Positions 52,301 through 63,808 of a stretch of DNA of 64,000 bases are shown here, in pieces (within the stretch, counting starts at the first letter, position 1; the number at the start of each line of letters is the position of its first letter). This stretch comes from Octopus bimaculoides. Its lineage: Eukaryota. The stretch spans positions 59,757,496 to 59,821,495 of the forward strand of contig NC_068990.1 in the NCBI RefSeq assembly GCF_001194135.2. The letters run 5' to 3'. The notes under the pieces were generated by a model that was given only the letters and a program-made list of their open reading frames with translations, did not search any database and was not told the DNA's origin. The translations under genes were made by a program, and so were the position numbers.

Positions 52301-53214
52301 ATAGTCAATTATGGAGTGAATTTTAGGGTTTATAAATCTAATATTTTCCTATCCTTCCTAAATACCCGTTCCCATATGCTATTCATATCTGTACTCAGTC
52401 TGCTTAGGAGGTTGTTGTGTCCTAGCATATGTGCTGCTTCTTTTAGTCTTCATATTTTCCAGTGGTGTTCTCTGTCTATTATTTTAACTTCATCCCACAG
52501 GGGGAGAGGGTCTCCATTTTTCCATACATGATCGGCTATACCTGATTTATCACTATTTCCTTGTGTCACAGAGAGGAATTGCTCAGTGCCTAAAACATTG
52601 AACAAAGAATATAAATAGCGATCGTGATACCCACCACGAAGAAATGATCAAGCTCAGTAACAATCTATTCAGCAACAACTACCCCAAGAACATACTACTA
52701 CTCCAATTATGAAAAAAAGAGAGGATGAAATCAATAAACTGTCTACCCTATGTGAAAGGCCTCTCCGAAAAGATACAAAAGATATGCCGCCCAAATGACA
52801 TCAGGACAGTATTCAAAAGTAATACAACACTTTGCAGATATCTCCTTTGGGTAAAACCACTAAGCTCCATCCCATGCAGCTGTGGTAGGCTATACAAAGG
52901 TGAAACATGCCACCCCCTCAAAATAAGGGTAGAAGAATATCGCAAAGCTGTGACACGAGGAGATATTGATAAATCGGGTATAGCTGATTGTGTATGGAAA
53001 AATGGAGACCACCTCCCCCTGTGGGATGGAGGTAAAATAATAGACAACACCACTGGAAAATACAAAAACTAAAAGAAACAGCACATATGCTAGGACACGA
53101 CAACCTCCTAAGCAGACCAAGTGCAGATATGAGCAGCATATGGGAACTGGTATTGAGGAAGGATAGGAGAATCTTAGATTTATAAGCCCTAAGATTCACT
53201 CCATAATTGCCCAT

Positions 53215-53287
53215 GGGCATATGGCGTAGTGGTTAAGAGTGTGGGCTACTAACCCCAAGATTCTGAGTTCAATTCCAGGCAGTGACC
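53215..53287 (+). other. tRNA-like (Pol III box A/B) head inside the Penelope-type element, arm 4
   Basis: Box A TGGCGTAGTGG (53222-53232) fits TRGCNNAGYGG; box B GAGTTCAATTCC; 73 nt; followed by (AAT)n. Confidence 0.8.
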
Positions 53288-53354
53288 TGAATAATAATAA
53301 TAATAACATAGAAAAATACCTTAAGAATGAGAACCCAGTTCGAAATTTCCCCAA

Positions 53355-53400
53355 GACACCTGATGAAGGCTGGAGGGTATATCAGCCGAAACGTTGTGTT
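53355..53400 (+). ncRNA. Minimal type I hammerhead ribozyme motif (intact copy)
   Basis: GACAC-CTGATGA-A-GGCTG(GAGGGTATAT)CAGCC-GAAA-C-GT-T-GTGTT. Stem I is GACAC/GTGTT, stem II is GGCTG/CAGCC, stem III is the palindromic AACGTT. Predicted cleavage after GUU (53395). Confidence 0.8.
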
Positions 53401-53529
53401 AACAACAAACAAAATGAGGACAAATATCCGTCGAATGTAAATAATGTAAGAGTGAATTCCTTAAATACTTAATTAACAAAATCTACAAATGTTGTCCCAA
53501 CCATACTTTTATATAATGAGGAGTAAAGA

Positions 53530-53735
53530 CAGTGAGCTAGCACACCGGGCAAAATGCTTAGCTGTGTCTTGTCTGTCTTTACGTTCAGAGTTCAAATTTC
53601 ACCGAGATCTACTTTGCCTTTCAGCCTTCCATAGTTGATAAAGTAAATACCAGTTAAGTACTGAGGTTGATGAAATCAACTTAACTCCTCCCTCAAAATT
53701 GCTGGCCTTGTGCCAAAATTTGAAACCAGCATAAT
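53530..53735 (+). mobile_element. SINE family A
   Basis: CCGGGCAAAATGCTTAG..TTCAGAGTTCAAATTTC..GCTGGCCTTGTGCCAAAATTTGAAACC. Confidence 0.75.
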
Positions 53736-54899
53736 GAAGGGTAGGCGGGTAGATATGCAGCCATAGGAAAACTGAAACTAGATTACATATAGGTGTTCTT
53801 TCTTGTATTAATTTCAGTTCATATTTATACAAACATATATGTATGTATGTATGTATGAAAGTATGCATGTTTGTAACAAAGAAATCAATAACCAATACAA
53901 ACTGAATTATCAAAATATTCAGGTAAATAAAGCGCAACTGCTTAATAATATAACCTGCTTTATATAACTACACCTGTTGATAAAGAGTTTAAAAGTCTAG
54001 TACTTAGCTCTAGAATCACAGTATTCAGGAGATAAGAGTAAATTACTTTTAGCAAAGGACATTGGCATGTTACAAGTAACATTCTCAGGTGAGCCAATAC
54101 TTAGTACCTCATCCACTAAGCAGACCAAGGTAATGTAGAATAAAGTGCTCTGCACACAAACATAACAAAATGATTGCAGAGGATTTGAAGTTGCAAGGTG
54201 GTCTACAACCTTATCCATCCTGAGTCTGTAGTTGAAAAGTGTAGGACATATGAAAAAGAATCCAGCACCTATAGACATACAATTACTTAGATATATCTAT
54301 AAATATACCACACCTCCAGTTCAGTTGTACACACAAAGATAGTCACAAACAGAAGTATATACTCTAGTTCAGTATTTCTTTCCCAGAAGCCAATGGTGTA
54401 TGAAAAGATTTGGGGTTCCGCAAGATGAGAATCTTTTAATATAAAATCTAATAAAAAATTATATTATATACCCAAAAAAAAAAAAAATGGTATTCACAAT
54501 GTCAAAGTAATGTTTTTATAATATTAATGAGTTTATTGCATACAATGTTCATATGTACTACAAAACACTAGAAAAGAAGAAAGATGGGGCAGAAAGCAGC
54601 AATAAGACAAGTAAGGAACAACAACAAGGATAACAAATGTGCATGCATAGTACGCAGAATAAAATATGAAAAGATAGAAGTGAACATTAGAAAGGTTGTA
54701 AAGAAGAAAAGCTGCACATATGCATTTAAAGAGAAGTGTTGATGAATTTTGGGAGGCATGGAATTTTTGAAGAATGTTGTGTCCTAACAGCTAACAACAG
54801 ATGCAGGTAATTTATTTCATGCTTCAACAATTCTGTGAAAAAATAGTTTTGAAAGTCACACATGCTCTGCTTTTTTTATTTTATTTTATTTTATTTTAT

Positions 54900-55335
54900 A
54901 AGCATGTGCATGGGTGGTAGCGTTCAAAAAAGATAGCAAAAGTTGTCGTTGGGAAGACAGTGAATAATCTTTTGGGATTCTACAAAGTCTGTTAGGGTGC
55001 GGAAACTTTAGGGTAGCAAAGCCAAGAGAAGCAAGTTGTTCAAAATATGGTGTTTGATCAAGGGTATTAGTCTGGCAGCATGCGTCTAGACAGCTTCCAG
55101 CAGACTGATATTCTGGATAAGATGGATGTTCCAAACTGGAGATGCAAACTGCATGGACATACCATAGTCTGACATAGCTTTAACTAGATGGCCAGCGAGC
55201 AGCTGACAAGGGCCATACACAACAATGCTAAGATGTGATTTTCTGATGATTATAGAAATGTGGTTCATCCAACACAGATCATTGTTGACGATAATGCTGA
55301 GGTCTCATTCAGCAGAAGAGTGCTTCAAGTTGGAG
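54900..55335 (-). pseudogene. CR1/L2-type LINE reverse transcriptase C-terminal remnant
   Basis: DLSIIVNNDLCWMNHISII..QFASPVWNIHLIQNISLLEAV..PYFEQLASLGF resembles the DLGV..W..HI..EYASPVW.P....I..LE.VQR..YEERL..LGL pattern of CR1-group RTs; frameshifted. Confidence 0.7.
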
Positions 55336-55568
55336 ATGTAAAGAGAGTGGGTAAATTCTGCGCTTTTCCTTTATATGAATAAATTCTCTCCCTAAAATAA
55401 CATTTCATTTAATATCTTATCAAAACTAAGGCATTAGGAGTTGTCTGTAAAATAGTGTTATGGGCAGTGTTCCCTCTAAACTGTGTGCTAGTGTGCATGC
55501 ATGTTTTACAACTAGGGAAGAAAAATGAAATGTGTGCACACACAAAGTTTAAGATGAAATTGGACTTT

Positions 55569-55788
55569 TTAAACTCTTAGCATTTAAACCAGCCATATCC
55601 AACAAAATATTCTACCTGTTTTATGTTCTTACTGACTAGATCTAGCATCTCACACCTACCCAACAATGTCATTCTAAAAATAAGCAATCTCATTATTGAA
55701 ATCTTGAAGTTATAAGATAATGTATAACTAATTCCACAGCAATGAATAATCATCACATTTGACAGGAATCTGAATGCTAAAGGGTTAA
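55569..55788. mobile_element. TTAA MITE family B
   Basis: TTAAACTCTTAGCATTT ... AATGCTAAAGGGTTAA (orientation A). Confidence 0.8.
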
Positions 55789-57029
55789 TTGAACAAATTT
55801 AATAGATGGTTACTTTCATGGATGTACATATACTTTGCAAAGCAAGACAAAATTTGCACACAAGCAAATTTATGTGCAAGTCTACTGCAAACCATTACAG
55901 AGAACAAGGATATGAGTCCTACAACCTTTGGAAGATCATATAAGTGTCCTATAACAAACTTAGTTTGGGAAATGTTGCTCATAAGAATGTAGAAAACAAC
56001 ATTGCTAGATGTATGAGTGTATTGGAAAGAGAAGAGACAAGGCAAGAACTACTGCACCAGCTGTGAAAGGTTATTAACATTTAGTCGGACATTGCTCCCA
56101 GAAAAATTATGCTTACAGCTTTGAATATTTAGAATAGTTGCACGAAATAACAATGTGTATGTACATCTAAGGTAACATCTATAATGAATCATAAGATGAT
56201 ATGGATGAAAGATAAAATCTAATAATGGGAAAAGAGAAAATATATTTGGAACCCAACATCCATATAAAATGTTCCAAATGGTGAAAAAAAAAAGGAAAGA
56301 AAAAAAGAATGAGATGCTAAACTGAAAGCATCAATGAAGAAGAATAGCTCTAATACTTTCACAGTGGTAGTAGTAGTAGTAGTAATAGTAGTAGTAGGGG
56401 GAGAGAGAGAGAGAGAAAAACAGAGAAGTATTACCATCGTGAAATGGATAAATAGAGCTAATGTCATCATTCACTCCTTTTAATAACACTTTTTGCTTCA
56501 CTAGTAACTAACACTAAAAACTTAGGGAATACCTTCTTTTCCCAAACACGATAATTGAATGAATGCGTTGTGAGAAAGATAAAAATCATTTCTATAGACT
56601 CGAGTTTGCGAAAGAAAGAGAAGCACTGCTTGGCAGTGGCAATAGGGCACTAAGGTAAACCAGCCACAATAGATTTCATAACAGTCACCTTACGCAACAT
56701 TTGCAACTGAATAGCAGGTAATTATACACTTTCTTATGAACATCTAGGTTATTGTTGAGCTGATAAAACATGTAAAAAATGGACACTGTTCTGTTAGGAA
56801 CAAACATAGTAAATTGGAAAATATATCAACAAAGGGTTAAGAAAAGAGAGAGAGAGTATAAAAATGAAGAGATGATGTGCATGCACACACAACACACACA
56901 CACACAAATTAATAATAAAACTCGCTTGGAAAAGTTAAATACAATACCTGTCATGAAAGCATAAAGAACTGCGGACAAACTCCCTTCGTAACACATTATT
57001 ATTATTATTATTATTATTATCATTATTAT

Positions 57030-57218
57030 TCAGTTGGTGAGTGGGCAAAATTGTTAGTGCACTGGACAAAATGCTCAGTCACATCTTCAGGTTCAAATCC
57101 TGCTGAGATCAACTTGGCTTTTCATCCTTTTGGCTTTGATGAAATAAGGTACCAGTCAAGTACTAAGGGGAATGTAATCAACTATCTCCCTCCCTAAGAT
57201 TGCTGGCTTTGTGCCAAA

Positions 57219-57220
<2 letters not shown>
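57030..57220 (+). mobile_element. SINE family A
   Basis: Between (ATT)n tracts; closely resembles 57570-57756. Confidence 0.75.
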
Positions 57221-57254
<34 letters not shown>

Positions 57255-57547
57255 GAGAGTGCATGGCTTAGTGGTTAGGGCATTGCACTCATGATCCAGT
57301 GATCATGATTTCAATTCCTAGACTGGGCGGTGTGTTGTGTTCTTGAGCAAAACACTTCATTTCATGTTGCTCTGTGGTCACTTCAATACCTGATGCATGA
57401 TACACAGTACACCTGTTCAGATGACGTTGATTTGATGTAGAGAGTGAGATAATGTGTGGCATGAACATTTAATCACTATAAACAAGTCATTTGTGCAGGT
57501 CATTTGGCAAAAGCTGAATGCTCATATGCCTTCAATGGGAGAGTCCA
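57255..57547 (+). mobile_element. tRNA-derived SINE, family D head
   Basis: TGGCTTAGTGGTTAGGGC box A, GATTTCAATTCC box B-like, TGTGTTGTGTTCTTGAGCAAAACACTTCATTTCA block. Confidence 0.75.
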
Positions 57548-57569
57548 TAATTATTATTGTTATTATTAT

Positions 57570-57756
57570 TCAGGTGGTGAGCTGGCAGAATCGTTAGTGT
57601 GCTGAACAAAATGCTTAGTTACATCTTCAGGTTCAAATCCTGCTGATGTCAACTTTGCTTTCCAACATTTTGACTCTGATGAAATAAGATACCAGTCAAG
57701 TACTGGGGGCAATGTAATCAACTATCTCCCTCCCTGAAATTGCTGGCTTTGTGCCT
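57570..57756 (+). mobile_element. SINE family A
   Basis: CAGGTGGTGAGCTGGCAGAATCGTTAG..GCTGGCTTTGTGCC. Confidence 0.75.
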
Positions 57757-57783
57757 GCTGAAAGTTGGCAGAATCATTAGCAC

Positions 57784-58008
57784 AGAATCAAGGCGGCGAG
57801 TTGGCAGAATCATTAGCAGGCCGGGCGAAATGCTTAGCGGTATTTCGTCTGCCGCTACGTTCTGAGTTCAAATTCCGCCGAGGTCGACTTTGCCTTTCCT
57901 CCTTTCGAGATCGATTAAATAAGTACCAGTTACGCACTGGGGTCGATATAATCGACTTAATCCGTTTGTCCCGTCTGTGTGTAGCCCCTTGTGGGCAGTA
58001 AAGAAATA
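57784..58008 (+). mobile_element. Young CpG-rich family A SINE nested in an older family A copy (57763-58200), 14-bp TSD
   Basis: AGAATCATTAGCAC at 57770-57783 and 58009-58022. The insert retains many CpGs (GGCGGCGAG..CCGGGCGAAA..CCGCCGAGGTCGAC). Confidence 0.85.
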
Positions 58009-58848
58009 AGAATCATTAGCACACTAGGCAAAATATTTAATGGCATTTCGTCCATCTTTACATTCTGAGTTCAAATTCTGCCAAGGTTAACTCTGCCTTT
58101 CATCCATGGAGTTGAAAAAATAAGTACCAGTGAAACACTGGGGTCGATATAATCCCCTCCTCAAAAATTTCAGGCCTTGAGCCTTTAGTAGAAATGATTA
58201 TTATTATTATTATTATTATTATTAGTAGTAGTAGTAGTAGGAGGATCTTATTGAGGTTTGCAGGTTAGTAGAATAATGGAATAAACACTTTATGGTATTT
58301 AGTTACATTCCTTTACAGTCTTGGCTAGGACATACTTGGAGGAGAAGAAATGGCAGGGTCACATTGCAGGGGATCAAAAAATAGATCATGTTCTGATCCC
58401 CCAAATCTGTAGCCTTGTATCACGTTTAGGAACCAACATAGTTATTTTATTTCATGCTTCAATTTCAAATCCCTACAGGAGTTCACTCTACTTATCATTG
58501 TTCAGAAGTTGACTTAACCCCTTACAGACAGAAATCAATACTGACCGCATCGAAACACTGTGTGTGTGTGAGTGGTGTGATGTCTCACTCTGTGTAGCAC
58601 CATGTTTTCAAATATACCACACGGAGAATATAAACTGTAAATACAATGTAAAATTCCTTGTATGAAAAATTATGTAGTTACTGAATGGCCTAATACTGGT
58701 ACACAGCACAGACTATCAGTACTAAATCCGTCTCCAAGGGATTAATAAGCACCAGTAATGGAACTCGATCCACTCTAACCCCAATACCTCCCCAAAGCAG
58801 AGGAATCTCTATATGGTAATCCAGCATGCTAGAGATAATAGTTACTTC

Positions 58849-59532
58849 CAATGGCAGCTCATGTATAGGCACTGCGGAACTGCAGCACCCACTATTTCCA
58901 CTTGATATTATCAATAACATTCAATATAATGAGTCCTTTTTTTCTTTAATTCTTTCTTTATATTTGTACATTATATAATTCTTAAGCTTAATGTCAGTAG
59001 CCATCCCCTAGTTTATGAAAAAGATACAAAAATCCTTGTATGGAACTGTGCGCTTCACAGTTCCAGCAATGTGGTGTTTGGCTGTTGTGCGCATGTTCAC
59101 ATGTCTGAAATAGGAAGCTTCACACCAGGGAGAGAGAACACTGTTGTTCATGCAGTGCCAGTGAAAGGTAGTGTTTCTTTTTGACTCCATGTGTGGTGCT
59201 TAAAAACATGTTTATATTCTTGAATGTGATAAAGCATAGAATTAGATCCTACTTCCAGCTTCAGTGCTGCTGCTGGAATTTGAAAAATAGAGCAGATTTC
59301 CCACCCTTATTTTGTGATTTAGAGGGGATTTTTGAAAAACAAGGGGGAATTCGTGGCAGTGTTCAGTGAACAAATTAAACACACTACTCGGCAGTGGCTA
59401 AAATGTGAACCGATCAAGTTTATGTATGAATTTTCTTTTTATATGTTTGTTTCCTTTTACACAATATTAAAACAACGGCCAAAAATTTTCTGAAGCAGCA
59501 GCCCCACTAATTTTATCTATGAGCCGCCACTG
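58849..59532. mobile_element. Non-autonomous hAT element (MITE), 684 bp, with 8-bp TSD
   Basis: Terminal inverted repeats CAATGGCAGCTCAT and (reverse complement) CAGTGGCGGCTCAT match at 12 of 14 positions. Identical flanks GTTACTTC at 58841-58848 and 59533-59540. Confidence 0.88.
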
Positions 59533-59564
59533 GTTACTTCTCACTTAAATTATATCTTACTGAC

Positions 59565-59793
59565 TTAACCCTTCAGTGCTTAAACTAGCCATATCAAACC
59601 CAAATATTCTACTTGTTTCATGTTCAAATTAACCAGATCCGACCTCTCACACTTACCCTACAATGACAGTCTAAAAATAAACAATCACATCACTGAAAGC
59701 TTGAAGCTGTGAAATAATGCATGCTTAATTCAAAGCAATGTGAATAAATAAGCATTACGTTTCACAGAGTAATCTGAATGCTAAAGTGGTTAA
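59565..59793. mobile_element. TTAA MITE family B
   Basis: TTAACCCTTCAGTGCTT ... AATGCTAAAGTGGTTAA (orientation A). Confidence 0.8.
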
Positions 59794-59992
59794 ATAAAAG
59801 ACGTATCAGATAATATAATTCCAGATAGACTGCATGAAGAGCAAGATTAGATGGTGATAGCTGGAATGCCCTTGGTTGTGGGTCTGTTTGAAGAGAGGCT
59901 GACTTGGGGTTAAACCACCACCACTACAACAACAACTGACCTGCAGCTCAACAACTTTATAGCTTGTATCAACATTAGAAATTATTATTATT

Positions 59993-60205
59993 TAAGGTGG
60001 TGAGCTGGCAGAATTGTTAGCATGCTGGCCAAAATGCTTAGCAGCATTTCATCTGTCTTTATGTTCTGAGATCAAATTCTGCCGAGGTCATCTTTGTCTT
60101 TCGTCCTTTTCAAGATCAATAAAATAAGTACCAGTTGAGCACTGAGGTCAATGTAATCATCGTCTTAGCTCCTGCTCCAAAACTGCTGGCTCAGTGCCAA
60201 ATTTT
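59993..60205 (+). mobile_element. SINE family A
   Basis: AAGGTGGTGAGCTGGCAGAA..CAGTGCCAAATTTTGAAACC(ATT)n. Confidence 0.8.
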
Positions 60206-60609
60206 GAAACCATTATTATTATTATTATTATTATTATTATCATCATTATTTGATACTATTTGGCGCTAGAAAATTGATCCAGTAATGAAGAACTGGTCTT
60301 CAATTAGATATATACACAACTATACAAAATTTCATAATACTTTGGTATTCTGAACTGTGGTATATGCAGCATAATGTGCATCAAATGAGAATGGTAACAA
60401 TTACCAAAGAGTTGTACCAGAGCAGACATTAAATTAATGATAATAATAATCTTGCAGAAGTGATGAAAGTAAATTTTAATTATATCCAGTTCAAAAGAGA
60501 GTAAAGCTTTCTTCCACTATTTCATATTCCTTTTAGTTATCAGTTCAGGAGAAACTGGTTGGAAATTGGTTGGCTGGTTGGTGTTATTAATTTTGGGTAA
60601 GTAAAAATG

Positions 60610-60808
60610 GTGGCAAGCAGATAGAATCAGTAGAGTGTCGGACAAAATGCTTTGTGGTATTTTGAGTTCAAATCCTGCCATGTTCAACTTTGTCTTTCAT
60701 CCTTTCAGAAATGATAAAATAAAGTACCAGTCAAGAGCTGGGGTTGATGGCATTGACTAACCCCACTCTCCTTGAAGCTATTGGTTTTGTGCCAAAATTA
60801 GAAACCAT
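60610..60808 (+). mobile_element. SINE family A, diverged
   Basis: TGGTGGCAAGCAGATAGAATC..GAGTTCAAATCC..TTGTGCCAAAATTAGAAACC. Confidence 0.7.
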
Positions 60809-62055
60809 TAATTTTGAGTAACTAATGATATTTTCTCCACATGTAGATATCATCAGAGAATTTTGACAGCTCATAGCTTATACAATAATAGTACAACAGG
60901 TAGGTAGATATGGACATGATAATACTTCCCTACTATTTTGAGATGTATAAAATATATATACAAACAAGTTGTGTTAGTAAACACATTATCAGGCCTTGCA
61001 GTGGAAAAGCAGACTCCATAGTGAAGTCAAAGATTTCTCTCTCTGTGGCCAGAAAAAGAATGATCAATCTGATTAATGTCAGCTTTTGTTAAAGTCTCAT
61101 CAAGGATCAGTTACTCATTCCTGGTTACAGAGAAGATATTAAAACTATTCATGGGATATACATACTCAGACAAGACTAAATTGCTAATTTTTACAGCATG
61201 GCTAAATGTATTTTCTAAAAGAACACATGCTTGTATGTTTACTTCATATGTCTACTTATCCCATTTGCTCTGGACTGCTTCTATTCATTAAATACTACTA
61301 GAGTAAAATAATCTGTGAATCAGAGTATATTTAGATACAAGGCAAGCATTTAAGGTTAATATGAATTTTTTTACTACAAGGTCAAACATTATTTCCTTAG
61401 GAATCTAATTCTATAAATGTTTGCTTTATGAACAAATTGTGGTTTGTTAATTGATAGATTATGATAAAAGCTTGGGAATTGTTTGTTTGTTTGTGTATGT
61501 GTATGTGGATGAATAGATGGATGGATGTAGCCAGCCATCTGTGTGTATATGCAGGTGTTCATTTCATTTTATACTGAATGTTTGCCGATTGTTAAAACAT
61601 CTTCTAATGTGACATGATTTCTCAGATTCCAGAGACTGAAAATGCATTATTTTATCATAAATATATGCAAACAGAATCTTGTTTAAAAACTAAAATACTA
61701 GAAAAAGTTAAAGCAGGTCTTGGAACCACTAAACTAAATTGAAAATAAAGTTTTCCACCACACACACACACACACTCTCTCTCTCTCTCTCTCTCCGATG
61801 TTTCTGTAACAATATTGATATTCATTGCCTTTTATCTGGTCTTATTCTAAACATTTCCAAACTTAGTACGTAATTTCCTCTCTTCCACTGTCTCTTCACT
61901 TTCTCATGCACAACTTCTTGCCCTTCATTGCCCTATTTTTCTATCTTCTATCTTTTCATTACCATTCTTCAGGATTGTCAGCCTTGATTTGTAAAATAAA
62001 GAAAAATTACACTTAAGCTCTGAAGGCAATTTTCTATAAATGTATTCACTTCAGT

Positions 62056-62282
62056 TTAACTCTAGCATTTAAACCAGTGATATCAGACCTAAATATTCAG
62101 CACATTTTTTATTCAAACTGACCAGATTCGGCCTCTCATACCTACCATACAATGTCATTCTAAAAATATGCAGTCACATCATTGAAATCTCAAAGCTATG
62201 AGATAATGCATGATTAATTCAAAAACAATTTGAATGAATAAGTATTATGCTTAACAGGGTAATCTGAATGCTATAGGGTTAA
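62056..62282. mobile_element. TTAA MITE family B
   Basis: TTAACTCTAGCATTT ... AATGCTATAGGGTTAA (orientation A). Confidence 0.8.
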
Positions 62283-62382
62283 ATCACTATATGGTAGTAG
62301 ACAAAACAGTGTCCAAAACAAAGGCCTAGCAAATATAGTTGAAAGCTTAAACCAATGCCTACCTCATTCTGTGGTTGGTGCC

Positions 62383-62610
62383 TTAACCCTTCTGATGCCA
62401 GCCTGTCTGAGGTCACCTCTGATTCTTTAATACTAACTTCTATTTTTAACATGACCTAAATTAAAAACCCTCCGTCAACATTTCATGTTAGTTTATGTTC
62501 AAAACACTAGCTTAATAATGAAGATATTTTACTAAAATTCTTCATAATTTTCAAAATTATTGAAATAAAATCAGTGTATTTCAACAGAGATACAGTAATG
62601 AACCAGTTAA
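62383..62610. mobile_element. TTAA MITE family C
   Basis: TTAACCCTTCTGATGCC ... AACCAGTTAA; its reverse complement aligns by eye with 63581-63808. Confidence 0.7.
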
Positions 62611-63580
62611 AAGAGTAGGCAACCAAACATTCTTACTAAAGCCATTCTGTCAAAATTCAATGTCACTAAGAAATCCCACCACTCCTATTTCAGCTTGTTG
62701 AATTCCAAATATTAAGAATTTGGTATCTTAAAATGGGGAGTGTAGAATAGAGTAGGGAAGTGGGTAATGGTGATATTAGAATGAAAGGCAAATTGTTTTA
62801 ATGTTTACATCAGCAAAATTCATTATAAGAACACTGTGTAATACAAGTTCTGAATAAGTAATCATTCTAAAGCAGAAATTTGTATTCTAGTAATTCTATT
62901 GATAGCTGTGATATGGATAAAAATATAAAAGACATAGCATGGGTGAACGACAGAATAATAGAACTGCCAATTTGATAGTCACTGTAGTTTTTAGTGTATG
63001 CCCATAAATAGGGTTAGTAGATGAATAGAAGGACTGGTTCTATGAAAAACTACAAAGGACCACTTCAAATAGAGATGAAAGGGATATTGCTATGGTAATA
63101 GAATATTTAATGGTAATGTTGGATGGAAACCGGAATGTAATTTGTGTATGAAAAGAAGTTATGTCCATGATACAATATATGATGAGAATACAAGGTTTTT
63201 GAACCTAAGTACAATAAATGGTTTTAAAATATGCATTACAAATTTCAGAAAACAAATAAACCAGTTGACCTGAATGCTCTCAAATATAGTAAAACAGACA
63301 ATTATATAATGTTAGCAAGATGAGACATTTAGATTTACCTGTGGACAACAGCTAATAGGTTTTAAAACTAAAGTAAGAACACTTTGAAAATTTGCTTCTA
63401 GCATACCAACTAAACTATTGATCATTCAATAGTTTGGCTGGGCTTACAGTAAAATATTTTCAGTGGAATCCATACATAGCGTGCACACCCACACATCATA
63501 ATAGTGTGGCATAGAAAATCTCGTGAAGGACAAACTGAATGTTATTTTTAAAAATTTATTTTTTAAAAAAAATTAATGGC

Positions 63581-63808
63581 TTAACCCTTTTGTTACTGTA
63601 TCATTTAAAAAAACACTGCTTTTGTTTCAATTAATTTTGAAAATAATGAAGAATTTAATAAAATAGCTTTGTCGTTATTAAACTGGTGTTAGAGACATAA
63701 ATAACGTGAAATTTTGATGGGCAATTATGATTTACATCACTTTAAAATAGAAAGTTTGTATCACTGAACAGGGAGTGATTTCAGGCAATTTGGTATTAAA
63801 ATGGTTAA
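63581..63808. mobile_element. TTAA MITE family C
   Basis: TTAACCCTTTTGTTAC ... GGTATTAAAATGGTTAA. Confidence 0.7.

Larger units (their letters stand above)
52045..53446. mobile_element. Inverted (divergent) dimer of the same Penelope/Poseidon-type retroelement, locus 2
   Basis: Minus arm ~52045-52571 and plus arm ~52572-53446. ORF remnant LPYVKGLSEKIQKI..SIPCSCGRLYKGETCHPLKIRVEEYRKAVTRGDIDKSGIADCVW. Flanks TAAGAATGAATTC (52032-52044) and TAAGAGTGAATTC (53447-53459) differ at one position. Confidence 0.88.

Noticed and set aside
59008-59190. Candidate upstream exon of the zinc-finger gene
   Set aside because: Lies inside the TSD-bounded hAT MITE; no supporting splice sites or domain.
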